From Marsupella aquatica (lineage: Eukaryota; Plantae; Marchantiophyta), in assembly GCA_973895155.1 (NCBI GenBank), contig OZ316892.1, positions 28,606,307 to 28,670,306 on the forward strand: a DNA stretch of 64,000 nucleotides, written 5' to 3'. Both the position numbers and the translations under genes were made by a program. Under the pieces are notes generated by a model that saw only the letters and a list, made by a program, of their open reading frames with translations, was not told the origin of the DNA and ran no database searches. Positions 24,243 to 37,600 of this stretch are shown piece after piece; the stretch's first letter is position 1; each line of letters starts with the position of its first letter.

Positions 24243-25584
24243 ATGGATCCGGATGGCACTTTGGCAGAGGATGAATCAATGGTCTTTTACCAGTTCATGT
24301 TTGTTGCACTACAGGAGTTTCATTCACTTTCCTGAGCTCCTTGGTCCTCCTTAGTCTTCCTTCAGGGAACAGCAAGGTTCCTAGCTCTTTGTCCACTTGT
24401 GTGGGAAGAGGAGGTGGAGGAGGACCTTAATCACTTTCTCATCACCCGGAACTTGTGCCCACAATGGCTTGTTTATGATGTCTTAGATAACTACAGCGAC
24501 GGTCACAAGTGGTTGGTTAAACCGAGAAGCACACCTTGGTTGTATGGGCTACTATGGAGATGATAGATGGTTGGAGAACATGCATATGACCAGGTTTACT
24601 TTTGGTGAGCTATGCGAACTTCTAGGGCCATCAATTGTCAAGCACAACACAAATTACAGGTGAGCTATTCTTGGCTTTGCCAGTGTAGGAGCTGCCATTT
24701 ACAAACTCACATCTGGTGATGCTTTTGGCAAAGTTTCTGAGAAGTTTGCCATGGGAAAAACTTCTGTTAGGCAAGTGCTTCATGAGGTTTGTAGGGCCCT
24801 AGGTGAGCACCTAGGCCACTTGATCTCGCTTCCTATAGGGCAGGAGTTGGTGGAGGTAATGACGACCTTCCATCACCAATGTGGCATCCCCAACATTGTG
24901 GGAGTCATGGATGTCACACACATCTACATAGTGGCACCAGATACACCCTTTTACAGAGACTACTACAAGTTAAAGAGCAATTTGATGTGTTTACAAGCTG
25001 TGTGTGATGTGTCATGGAGGTTCCAAGACATCTATGTTGGCATGCAAGGGTCAGTGAACAACACTAGAGTTCTCAAGTACTAGTCTCGTTGGGATCGCGC
25101 ATGCAGACATCAAATCTTCAACGAGGATCCCATGGCTCTCCCTTGGAGAGTTCCCATTCAACATTTCATATTGGAAGACCTGGTGTACCCAATAATGTCA
25201 TGGCTCATCATTCCTATCCGGCATCTCAACACACATGGATATCTCAATAGGGAGAGGGAACAGTTCAACAGGCATCACAGGCACGGCAGGCATCATGTTG
25301 AGCAGAGAATCAGACTTTTGAAGAAAGTCTTTCAAGAGTTGGGTGGGAGGACATAGCTAAATGTTGTGGACCTTCCTATGGTGGTTAGAGCGTGTTGCAT
25401 TCTACAAAACTTGATTGAGAAACAGGAGAACGACTTTGTTGCAATTCTAAGGGACTGGGAAGTTGAGGTGGCAGCTAGGGGTGAGGATGACCATGAAGAG
25501 GAGGACGTGCCCATTGAGCAGATCGGGGGCAGGATACACAGTAACCTGGTGGACGAGGAGTTGTCTAGGTTGAACTCTACTTGA
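24243..25584 (+). pseudogene. PIF/Harbinger (HARBI1/ALP1-like, DDE_Tnp_4) transposase, decayed
   Basis: Motifs WLENMHMTRFTFGELCELL, AAIYKLTSG, FAMGKTSV, GIPNIVGVMDVTHI, LQAVCD..WRFQDIYVGMQGSVNN.RVL, ILEDLVYP, FNRHH..GRHHVEQ, VRACCILQNL. Several in-frame stops and a frameshift. Confidence 0.9.
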
Positions 25585-28223
25585 ACGCTTGTTGTTTATT
25601 TGGATGCCGCAAGGAGACGGCAAGCCCAAAGAAACCTCTGATCATCTGGGAGTGCTACACTGTCTGCAAACAATCACCAGTTATACCACCCCTTTCAAGA
25701 CCTGCTCAGCCTGCTGAATGGAAGATGTTGACATGTTTTTCATGACACATCTTCATCTAAATTTAGTCTCTGGTTTGCTTGCTTTGTGTTGTGCAGGGCA
25801 CCTATGAATGGAGTAATATGCGTCACAAAGGATGTGCTGAAATGCCAGAGCAGGCGATTGTTGTTTCCTATGGATAATAATAAGAAAGAGTTGAGCAGTG
25901 GGCACTGCATGCTTGAATGACCCAGTGGTTTCACGAAAATGGATGGGACAACTCACGCGAATCAGCGTGGGGATGAGGGATATTTTGAGGATGGCTTTTA
26001 GTTTTTTGCTGGCACTGTACTAGTCCATTTTACTGGAAAACACTATAGCTCATGGTTGTCTATTTCTCATTTTCATCGCCAAAAGGTCCCGCAAAAGGTG
26101 ACCTGTGACGCTGTCTTCAAAGCTTGTCTGGTCGATACTTGTGCAAACTCGATGGGATTCAAGTATGAATGATACTCAAACCACAGACACAAGCCATACA
26201 AGGGGTTAGCTAGAGAGTACCATGCGAGAGAGTATCAGTTTCCTCACATAACTGTGAACATCCGAGTTTTAGAGAATTGGATAGTTGGAAGACCAACTCA
26301 CCAACGTGGTGCATCTTCCACATGAAGGACTCAGTTGGAATGATTCAGGATTGCTTTTGTTCTCATAGCTCAAGAAGATCAGAATTGGAATGTTGGAAGT
26401 TGAGATGCTTGAAAATGAGGATGGCACCGTTCTTATGTTTTGTGTACTGTTTATAGACATGCATTTGTGTACGAAGGCTCCAAATAGTCCCCTGACCTGA
26501 CCAAAACCATTGACACAAGATAAGTCATTTCATTAGTTATCAGTCATCAGTCATCTCTATCAGTTGACCTCATATCAGCTGTCACGTCATCTCAGAGGGG
26601 CCGCCAAGTTGTGGTGCCAAAAACAAAATGCAAATATAAATAAATAAATCTCAAATTTTGAGGGAGGAAAAAAACCTTTTTGGATTTTTCTTCACTATGT
26701 GTGTCTGTACCGTACAGACACCCATCTTGGCGAGACCAGCTGAGATGGCCAGGTGTCCATACAATACGGACACAAGATTTCACCAGATTTGTTTTTAAAA
26801 AAAATGATAAAATCAAACATTATTCAAATGTTTTTTTCCATCTTTTTGGGGTCCGTATGCCCATCTCGGTGAGGCCAGCTGAGATTGAGCTAATCTCAAC
26901 TGCCCAGCTGAGATGCGCGAAGGTGCAAAGGCCCTATCTCAGTTGCTCCGCTGAGATTCAGAAATTTAAAGGCGGCAACACTAATAACTGATGATATATA
27001 GGACCCCCATCGACAGGTTGTGTGAGATAGAATCTACTCACTATCAACATGCTGCATGATTCTGTCTCATGTAGGCTACAAAGAGACAACTCAAGCCTGC
27101 CACACAAAATACTTGAAAACATTCACCTTCACACAGCAGAGGATACAGTTTGAAGCACATGAAGCGCATGTATCAGGATTACTATTATTCCATGGGCATG
27201 AAATGGTGAGCATGAACTTTCTCAGCAGCAGTGGCAATAACGTGGCAATAGCGTGTACCATCTACCAGGACTGTCGCAGCTCGTCACATCACGAGCCACT
27301 CTCTCTTTGAATTGAGGTTATACAAAGAGCATGGTTGCAAAAAGGGAGCCGCCCTCTATTTCAGACCGATGTTACAAAGACCCAGTTTGTAGATAGAGAG
27401 GGAAGGAAGGGGAAGTCAGTCGACCAGTTTAAAGGTGTGGGGGTGTAGTGAGTTGGTGACATCAATGGGATGGGATGGAATACAGCCATGTCAATATGAG
27501 GAAAAGCTTTTAAATGCAGGGAAACCCAACTGACTATTCTGGCGTTGATACTGATGCTCAGAACTTGAATGCATTTGCAATCCTAAGTGTGAATTAAGCC
27601 TACTTCAAGGGTGGTTACTAGTTGGGATATTGCACAAAGGCAATTCAAGGAAATTCATTCTCGCAGTATCTGCGGGATCCAGTGTGCTGCGTTTGGCGGG
27701 TTGGTTTTGCTTTGTTCCTTGGATACCTTGAGAATGGATTTCCTGTAACTCTCTCAGATGTGCAAGGCCCAGATGGAATCTCCTGGAATTTTAAATAGGC
27801 TTGATTAAAAATTCCTGCACTGAAACTCTTGCTCATCATGAACGTTTGGTAGTTAGGCAAACATTCGTATACATCATTCAATCCTCGAGTACTACATGCA
27901 AACAGATGGTGCTGCAAGTGTCACTCTACTCTTCCGTTAGAACCGTCCTGGTGCCAAAACAGAGAACTCAGAGCTATCTTTCACCACAATTCTTAGAGGG
28001 GTTTAAACTCAAGTCGAACCAAATCGAGTTTCCAGAGACTGAGTCCACCATTCGGCCCATAACCTTGGTGAATTCAGTGCTACCTATTTGGGAGGAAGAT
28101 ACCAAATAAAGGGATCCCGATGATTGATTGCTTTACAAAATTGAACACACTTTCCTCCCAAGTTGATCGCCAACCTGCTTGAAACAGATGACAGAGACAC
28201 CATGTCGGTCCAACTAAATTTAT

Positions 28224-29747
28224 TCATTGTATTGTACCGGAGTTGTCTGCACCTGGATCCAAATATCTCACTCTGTTTCTAATTGGTTTCATACTTTCTA
28301 AAAGGTAGGATAAACCTTGCAGAACATGCCTTCGGCTGTACGGGACTCCAGTCTTAGCCAATGCATTCCCATAAGCGTCTAATAACAAGAAGCACGGAAC
28401 ATACTTAATGTCGTACAGCAATACCTGCCAGCAAACAAACATCAATATAAGGCTGGTAAATCTAGTCCCAAGTAGAGAGCAAATGCACTTCTTTGACCCT
28501 ATTGGAATGTAAGGAAACTTGGAACATTATGTGGGAGATCTTAGCGATGTCCAAGTGAGTGCTGACTGGAAAGATCGCAACTAATACTCTGACTAGATGC
28601 AACCTATAGTCCAGACCAATGCCACAGATTAAATGAAATCCACACCAATGTCCAATTTCAGTTAAAATGAAATAAGATACACACTCAAATTCATCTGAGT
28701 GCCTGTATGAAGCTGCCCATTCTAGTTTCCCTGTAACGACGACATGCATCTGGCTGCTACATCAATATATAACATGGTTGAGAGTCGGTGAACAGATAGA
28801 ATGCTGGCTGTAAGTTTCCTCTACCGTTAGCTCCTAGAGGTACTGTCAAAACAGAAGAAATCAGAGTCCTTTGAATGTGCGTTGACGAAAGTAATTTACA
28901 TGGTGCAGGTTTCACACAAGGGAAAATAATCACCGAGAAGTCACATTCTTGGAAGATCATAACAAGGCCATATGACGAACAAAAGAGATTGACCCCCTCG
29001 TTTAGGCAATGATAAAAGGCATGAGATCCTTGACATTGACTCATAACTCTTGGCGAACCCTACACTTTAAAACTGCAAAATACAACAGCATATAAACTCC
29101 ATACTGGGAAAAAGTACCTCGGGAAGCCATCTTTTGTTCTCAACATCAGCCATAACAATGTGCAGCCACTCTTCATGTTTAGACTCCACCTCTTGCACAA
29201 CGGGCACAAGAGATCTGCAAAGCTTACATCTGGAAGAATAGAATTCTATTATGGTCGCAGGCTTTCTTCTCGCCAGAGCCTGTGCGAAGGCCCTTTCTTC
29301 AAGCTCGCCGAGGTCGTCCTTAGACAAAGAAATTCCTTCTCCTGCCTCTTTCTTCCCGAATTGCCCCAGATTCATAAGGAAATCCTGCAACTGGGGGAGA
29401 AACTGTTGCCCGAAGGGGAAATCATTTCTCCTTTCAGACTTGGAGATTGACGCAGTAGAGCTTCCTGAATTGGGCACACCAATCTCAATGTGGAACGGAG
29501 CACGGACCACTCTGTGTAATCCCTGGACGCTACTAGCTCGGGGTGGTACCGACTTGTTGGGGAGCTGCTGTTTCAGCTGCTCAATGTGGTCAATAACTAG
29601 AACCCCTACATTTCTTAGGGTTTTGAAAACCCAAGGCACCTCCAATTTGCAACCTCCGGATGTCCCATCGGAGGAGGAAGGGGAGGGCCACTTCATGCAC
29701 ACCCACTGTGCATTCTGCCAATCATCCCTTCCGTCTCTTATCTTCAT
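28224..29747 (-). CDS. Thioredoxin-superfamily protein (plant atypical CxxC thioredoxin-like, HCF164-related fold), 2 exons
   Basis: Exon 1 29747-29118 (ATG...WLPE, GT donor) and exon 2 28424-28224 (CAG acceptor, [28 protein letters not shown]); 276 aa. Active-site region [14 protein letters not shown] and cis-Pro YVP. Confidence 0.88.
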
Positions 29748-29813
29748 CCCAAGCAAACTCAGTTCTCTTCTCTCAAAATCTTCCTACCTCTCCTACACCC
29801 CACCCGCCGCTTA

Positions 29814-32113
29814 TGGTAGTCGTAGACCTTCTTGAAATCTGTAAACAATTTCTCCCATCGTTTCTTACACTGTTCCCACTTCTTATTCACACCGTCTTTC
29901 CGACAAATGTCCTCCACCTCTTTCCACCTTGCTTCAGCAGTTCGCATGCGCTCTCGAGAAGGATCCAAGGTTGATTGTTCTGCTTGATATCTCTTGGCTG
30001 CGATGAGAACGAGCCAGTTGCTCGGGTTTTGTCATACTCCCCCTTTCTAATTCTGATTGTGTTGATCTGTGCTACACAAAACAGAGAAAGGCATATTACT
30101 ACCATGAAAAGCGGTCAGCCTCTGTATACAAAGAATCCTGTAGAATCTGAGTGCGCAAGAAAGTTTGGCCGCTCATGACTTGCATCTGTCTCAATATTCT
30201 TCAAGAATGCCGTGGGTTCTACTGTCAAGAGCAAGAATTCACGCTTCACCACTCGCAATGAACTGCATATCTTAAGAGAGGACTCACACAGTAGATCTCA
30301 AGGGCCACGCTCTCACATCGTTCAGTCAATCAAGTCCCAATTTTATATGCTCCTACAGAAAGTCATGCAATCTTAAATTGTCTAAGTCCTTGCCATTTCC
30401 CATGCCCAGCATTTTCCAGAACTCAGCAGCCAGACCATCCCAAAACCTTGTAAACCTCGTGTCTCCCCCTGTCAAGAGAGACTCCATTCAGAAAAATAGA
30501 CAATTCAAATGGATGGGGCTCAGAAGAAAGGCTAGTGCAACTTCCAAATCTTTAATATTGGGGACTTTGGGAAGAGCTCTCACATCATTGAAAACCAACT
30601 ACCACCGTCACTGCTTTGTCCTCCTCAAGTCCCTGGGAATCCAAAATCAACCACATCTTGTTCTCAGCCCCATCGTTTTTGGATCATATGGGAAATGCAC
30701 TTATTCCTGCACGACCTAGAAGGTCTCTGTTTTGGCTCCATTCTGCAGAAAACTATGAAACCCCACGCAGTTTCGCATCTCTCACGTCAGCAAAAGCACA
30801 GTCGAGGCCCCTGACGCAATAACTATTACACCTGCCAAAATCCACGGTCTCAGCATATCAAAGAGGCTCAACCACAGTTTTGAGTGATGCTACCTATTTC
30901 TTCTCAGAAAGCCAGGGACGGTCATTTTTTTACCCAGCCTCATCATCTTAGTGAGTCGAACATTCACGCTTCGACCCACAAACAAACCGGTAAGCTTTGC
31001 TCCCCTTAGGACCAGCAGCGTCTCTCGTACAGCATCTTCTTTTGAGCCTAAAAATCAAGCCTTCAAAACCCGCCTTGCGTTGCCTTCAGAATGTTTCCAT
31101 TTGGTGAGGAAAAGGAGAGATGACGACGTGTCATCTGGTTGGGCACTGGAGATATAACCCCCAGTTACACAAAATGTAAGCCAAATATGATTTCTGTGGG
31201 AAATTCGGTCATCCAAAATGGATATCAATGGAATTGTCCTTTTCATATGCTCAAACCAGATGATCCCACGTCTTTCTTCTAATTCCTGCGCTACCTCAGT
31301 CTCTGCAACTGTACCCAAATTCTTCAACCTGACTACCTTAAATGCACGTAAAATTAAAGTTGTGTGCGGGCTCCAATGTAAATTGGTGCTTTAGCGAACG
31401 ATAATTGCAATCTCGACATCTACAGCCAACTTGTCACGCATTTTCGTCCATCCATGAAGATGTGAATCCAGCTATTGCTTCCCGACCTCTCTATCCACCT
31501 ACCTCGTAAAACAGCTACCTAGCCAGCTCGACGACTCCACACCGAAACCCTGGTCACACACCTAAGTGCTCCAACCTACCCCTGCCATCCAAACTATCGT
31601 AGCATTGTAAGCAATGCCACTTCCTTCCTCATTGGCCTGTCTGATGTCATTGGCCTGTCTCATGCTTACCAAAACCCTACGCGTACTCAAAGTCCAGGCC
31701 TGAAACACAAATTCAGGGTTTGGACTTGCTCGGCAAATAGAGGTTTTAGAGTAGTCAACTGGCAACTCGTCACCTAGACCGTCCTGGCCGCCCGACCTTG
31801 ACTTCCCGGCCCTTCCCGGCCCGGCCATGACCTCCCGGCCCTGGCCGGCTCACACCCCGCCCCAACCCTGTCCCGGCCTGACCCCGGCCTGTCTCAGCCT
31901 CCCTGCCCGGGGAATCTCAAGGAATATCCGGCATTTCAGCCAATTTTCGCCCGGCAAATGACGAGTTTACGTGCCCGGAAACTCCGCACGTTGCCCATCA
32001 CTTCAAACCTGGCACAAATTCAACCAAACTTAATTTTCCCAAGACTCTAAAAAAATCCACGTCCTGCGTTACAGCAGTAGTAGCAGCACCGCCGTTAGTT
32101 CAAGTCCAGACTA
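29814..32113. repeat. Segmental duplication, copy 2 of 21013-23001, with a truncated Myb fragment
   Basis: Colinear with copy 1. It has a short deletion in the Myb start region (GAGC microhomology at ~30011), a small extra repeat at ~31625-31655 and an inserted hAT-like MITE. Confidence 0.95.
31714..32012. mobile_element. hAT-like MITE (299 bp) with 8-bp TSD
   Basis: Absent from the paralogous site at ~22906. TSD CACAAATT at 31706-31713 and 32013-32020; imperfect TIRs CAGGGTTTGG / TTCAAACCTGG; C-rich CCCGGC-repeat interior. Confidence 0.85.
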
Positions 32114-32730
32114 TTGGGAGTTCTCCCACCCCACAAACACTCTTTCTGAGGAGGGTTCCCCACCGCCTCAGCTGAGGGTACAGCTCCCCTGGGTTTACAC
32201 CAAGATGATTGGAAGATCTGAACTGTTGGCTACCATATAGGGTTCCGCCCAAGACGAGACGAGAGATGACCCCTAAAGTTTGAAGCTCGACGAGACGGCC
32301 TTGAGTTCCTTGACCCTCAACACAATCACTGCTGACTTGGACTATTGGGAGCCTCCCACCCCACAACACTCTTTCTGAGGAGGGTTCCCTTGCCGCCCCA
32401 GCTGAGGGTGCGGCTCCCCCCAGGGTTTACACCAAGATGATTGGAAGATCCCAGGTGTTGGCTACTATCTTCCCGCAAACACTGCACCGTACATGGTTCC
32501 TCCCATTCAAGACAAGACGAGCGATGACCCCTGAAGTTCGCAGCTCGAGGAGACGGCATCAAGTTCCTCGACCCTCAACTCGATCACTGCTTATTGGCCT
32601 ATTGGGAGCTCTCCCACCCCACAACGCTCTTTCTGAGGTTGGTCCCCTCACCGCCCCAGCTAAGGGTATGGCTCTCCTGGGTTACACCAAGAACATTGGA
32701 AGATCCAAGGTGTTGGCTACCATCTTCCCA
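32110..32730. repeat. About 3 further diverged copies of the ~245-bp repeat found at 23810-24242
   Basis: CTATTGGGAG.TCTCCCACCCCACAA...CTGAGGAGGGTTCCC...CAGCTGAGGGT at ~32111, ~32342 and ~32599. Confidence 0.85.
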
Positions 32731-34399
32731 CAAACACAACGTCATAGTGTTGTATTCGAATAGTGGGTCATGCGGCACTATACTCAAATAGTGCGCCTGG
32801 GCGTTGTATTTGAGTTTGGATTACCTGATTTTGTCTTTTGTACTTGCATGGCATTGTGTTTGAATGTTGCCTTAGTGTTTGAATATTGGTGTTGTGATGT
32901 GACTCATGAATTTGGTCAAAACTCCAAGTTAGTGTCCAACTCAAACACAAAGCCTGGGCATTGTGATACATGGATAAGATTTGAGTTAAAATTGTGTTAT
33001 TTTGTCATAGGACCCAAAAAAAATCATTTTTTAACACAACGTCATAGGACTGTGTTAGGGAAAACGGTAGGGTTGTACCTCCCTACTTGCTAAAGCCATC
33101 TGGCATGTCTCAAAATCCTATTCTAAAAACTGACACCACTCTTTTGGGGTTTTACTCTAAAAAAAATTATCAGTCAGATTCTTTTAATACTTACGTAGTT
33201 TTTGAGCAAACCAGGATGGCACTATGGGAGTAACACTAGTACAGTAGGTAGTTTACTTAGAGTCAAGTGCTCCACTCTAAGTCAAGACCACTGCTGCCAA
33301 GGCCCTCTATTGCCCAAAATCTGGTGGACATTCAGTGTCAGCACTTTATAGTGTTACATTGAGATGTTCATTATAGTTCAGACAAAATTGAAATTTGTGT
33401 CCTCGTTTGAGAAGAAATGGGGTTCGTATCAGGGAGGTTCATTTGTGTTAGATAAAGCCCTGGGTGGAGGGCGTTCTCCCAAATGAAGCTCGAGGTCTGA
33501 GCTCCAGGTGCTTTTCTCCTGTAGTTAGGAGATGCCCAGCTCCTGGGGCATGAGGTTGCTGGTTTTTCTCCAATATTGCCCTTAAAATTACAAAGAGAAA
33601 ATTCACTAAGGGCATTAAGTTTATATATTTGGATAGCCTTAGACTTGGAATGATCTCCTCCCTTGATCCATTTTGAATGCCCTGGACAAGTTGTTGAGGG
33701 TGCTCATAATTTCCATTTTGAATGCCCTGGACAAGTTGTTGAGGATGTTCATAATTTACAGAATGCCCTCTAGGTAGAAACAAGTACTCAATTTATAAAA
33801 AGAGCTCCGCCCTAAAGCAACCAAATGCCCTAGGAGTTGGGCATCTCCTAAGAAGGAAAGCACCTCGGGCTTCATTTGGGAGAAATGCCCACTTCGTAGG
33901 GCTTTGCCTAACACCCAAAACCCAGAGAGGCTTAAAAGTGACCCCATGACATTCATTATAGTTCAGACAAATCTGCACTTTTGTGTCCTCTTTTGAGAAC
34001 GAGTGACGTTCTTGTCGGGGCGCTATTCCCCAGGAGCATACACGCCCACCACTCAAATCGCCACTGACCTGTTCGCCAACTCGTGTAAATCGGTGGAGAT
34101 CGGTGGAAATGGGTGGAAATGCTCTTTGTCATAAAATGTCACAAGGTGACCTTCCTTGCAAGCCAGCAAAGCGAACGTTGCAGAGTCTACTGTAGAGGCG
34201 CTATTGGGCGTTGAGAATCAGAATTTGGGTCTGGTCCTTGGAAATGTTGATTTTACTTCACAATGCTGTCATTTCTTCCAGTTTTCCTAAGTAATGTACA
34301 CCAGCAAATGCCACCTGAGGAGCCTATCCTAGTCCTTTGCGTAGAGAGGTCTTGTCACTACGTTCTTCGTTTTCTTTCTCAATTACTTACTCCTTGATA

Positions 34400-34501
34400 T
34401 GGATTGGGCGATCAATCTTGTACACGATAAGCCTGGATTGGGCGATCAATCTTGTACACGATAAGCCTGGATTGGGCGATCAATCTTGTACACGATAAGC
34501 C
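34400..34501. repeat. 3 x 34-bp perfect tandem repeat downstream of the PPR gene stop
   Basis: TGGATTGGGCGATCAATCTTGTACACGATAAGCC x3. Confidence 0.95.
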
Positions 34502-34691
34502 GTGAGATAGAAGCTGTAACTCTCCAGGGAATGGAAATGGTATCGCCTAATTCTCGTTACTTCCAAACGAATCGTCCAAATAATACCCACCATCACTTGC
34601 CCACAGGAAATCTTTGCTTCACACTCGCTTCACAATGTGAGAATTACACCGGTGTCTAAAAGTGACCTTCTTCCCCTGGGTACCACTGACA

Positions 34692-37600
34692 TCACCAGTA
34701 ATCTCCACAAGAACAGCCATCGTTGCTAAAATGATGAAAGCGTGTGGCATCCCTGACAATTATAGTTCTCCCGCATGATTTTGCAATGAACTTGAAGGCA
34801 GTATGACAGTCATCACAGACCCGTAAATTTTTTAGAATCCGGAGAGGAGTATTAGGAGGTGTGTTGAGGAGCCCAAATGCAAGGGCCAGCTTCTCACTGT
34901 GGTCCCACAATCGACGTACCTTAGCTCCTTCCTCAGCTTCATGCAACACAAACCTTGTATCTGGTACATACCCGTCATGTACTATTTGAGCTCGCAGTCT
35001 GCTTAATTCTTTGCGGATTCTGTGAATTTGAGGATGCCCTTGATCGTCTGCTGTAAAAGTGTGCACTTGATCCTTTAACACAATCCAGGTGCACCCAGGT
35101 GGCTTCTTCACACCCCGTTCAATCATCATGTCTTGAACTTTTGCTTTGCTGTCCCAATTGCCAACAGAGGCATATATATTTGATAGTAGAACATACCCAG
35201 GGGAAGTACCAGGATCCAGTTCCAGAACTTGTTGCCCAACGCACTCTCCAATCTCCACATTACCGTGGACTCTGCAAGCACCGAGCAAGGCCTTCCATGC
35301 TACAACATCAGGTTCCCATGGCATACTCTCAATCAAATCCTCCGCTTCATGGAGACGGCCAGCACGACCAAGAAGGTCAACTGTGCAAGAGTAGTGCTCT
35401 AGTGCTGCTGAAATCCCGTAGTCTGGATTCATGGATTTAATAAAGTGGAGACCTTCATCTACAAGGCCAGCGTGGCTGCACGCTGATAGAAGAGAAACAA
35501 ACGTGGACCGGTTGATAGGTAGATCCTCTTGACACATCCGTTCAAAAAGTTGCAGAGCTTCAATCCCGTTCCCATTTCTGGCATGTCCTCCAAGAAGAGC
35601 ATTCCAAGATACAATGTCACAGGTGGGCATCTTCTCAAAAACTTCTAATGCATCTTTTACACTACCGCACTTGGCGTACATGTCGATCAGGGAATTTGCA
35701 ACGTACAAATTATCTTCACAACCACTTCGAATAATCTGTGAATGGATATGGGTTCCTTCTTCGAAAGCTGCTACATCGGCGCATGCATTCAGGACTGCGA
35801 TGAAAGTAATAGGCTCTGGTTCCACTTGTTCCTCTTGCATTTGACGAAATAATGCTAATGCCTTACGACCTTCACCATGCTTCACATGTCCCATAATCAT
35901 GGCATTCCAGGCCCAAACGTGACGTTTAGGCATTTTGTTGAACACTGCATATGCATCCTCTATATTCCCGCACTTCACATACATGTCAACAAGGCTACTC
36001 TCAACAAAGATGTCTCCTTCATAACCAGCTCGAATCAGCTGTGCATGAATATCCTTGCCTTGTCTACCTGCTCCTATACTAGCACATGCATTTAGTGCCT
36101 GAACGAATGTGACTTCGTTTGGCTGCACCCCCTCTACTTGCATTTGTTCGAAGAGTTCCAATGCCCTTTGACCTTGCCCACATTTCGAGTAACCACCAAT
36201 CGTCGCATTCCAAGAAACTACAGTTCGCGTATTAGTTGCACTGAAAACTTTCCATGCCTCATCTATGCTCCCACATTTTGCATACATAGCCACCAGAGAA
36301 TTTCTCACAAACGTATTTTCCTCACAATTACTTTGAATGACCTGAGCATGGGTACGCCTGCCTTCTTCGATATCCAGTGTAGCAGCGCATGCATTCAAGA
36401 TCGCCACGAAGGTCATAGTGTCTAACTTCAGTTGCTGTGCTTGCATCTTTTTAGACAATTCCAATGCCTTTTCTGGCTGTCCACATTTCACATATCCTGC
36501 AATCATCGCATTCCAAGAGGCTGCAGTGCGTGTCGGCATCCTGGTAAAAACCCTCAACGAATCCTCAATGCTCCCGCATTTTGCGTACATGTCAACCAAA
36601 GTACTAGCCACAAACACGTCCGACTCATAACCTCTTAAAATGATCTGTTCATGAGCAAGCTTGCCTTCTTCCAGTGCTGCTAAACTAGCACACGCATTGA
36701 CGATCCCCACAAAGGTGACAGAGTCAGGTTGGACCCCTTTTCTTTGCATTTTCCGAGAAAGTGCTAATGCCTTCAGCCCTTGACCAGATTTGACATATCC
36801 TGCTATCATTGCATTCCAAGACACCACATCCCGTACAGGCATCTGGTTGAATACTTTCGCTGCATCCTCTATGCTCCCACACTTGGCATACATGTCGACA
36901 AGACTGTTCCCCACAGCAACCTTTGCCTCCAGACCACTCTGAATGATCTGTAAATGAATCTGCTTACCATTTTCAAGTGCTACAACACTGGCGCACGCAT
37001 TTAAAAGGCTCACAAAGGTAATACCGTCTGGCTTCACTTTCAGACTTTGCATCTGCCCATATAACTCCAATGCCGTTTGGCCTTGTCCACATTGAACATA
37101 CCCCCTAATCATGGCATTCCAAGATACCACTGAGCGCGTAGGCATCTTATCGAACACTCTCCGTGCATCCTGTGTGCTTCTACACTTGGCATACATGTTG
37201 AGCAAACTGGTAGCCACAAATACATCCGACTCATAGCCATTTCTAATGATTTGTGAATGGATGCGTCTACCTTCTTCAAGTGCTCTTAGACTAGCACATG
37301 CATTGAGGACTGGGATGAAGGTGTACAAATCTGGACTCAGGCCCTTCCGATGCATTTCATGGAAAAGTTCTAGAGCCCTTTGATGTTGACCATTCTTAAC
37401 ACATCTCGTAAGCTCAAGATTCCAAGAAAAAGGGGAAGGATTTACGGTTCCTGGTGCAATTGCAGCAAGTCTGTCTCCTACCCATATGGGGTTAGATTTT
37501 CCTCCCACCCAAAGGCCCTCCTGAGTCTTCTTATGGGTGAAATCTGGATATGTTGCACGCGCCTTCAAACAAGAAATTCAAAGCTAGCATGCTCAGACCT

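Noticed and set aside
26480-26495. CCAAATAGTCCCC as the right TIR of the Harbinger element
   Set aside because: It resembles PIF-type ends, but I found no matching left TIR beyond the Myb ORF.
26592-26983. hAT-like MITE with CCAGCTGAGAT internal motifs
   Set aside because: TIR similarity is weak and there is no TSD; probably a repeat but unsupported.
27056-28110. Coding-like fragments downstream of the thioredoxin gene
   Set aside because: Multiple stops and no family motif I could identify.
29251-29835. 194-aa plus-strand ORF, and similar antisense ORFs over the GBP and PPR genes
   Set aside because: Shadow ORFs opposite genuine coding exons, with no independent motifs.
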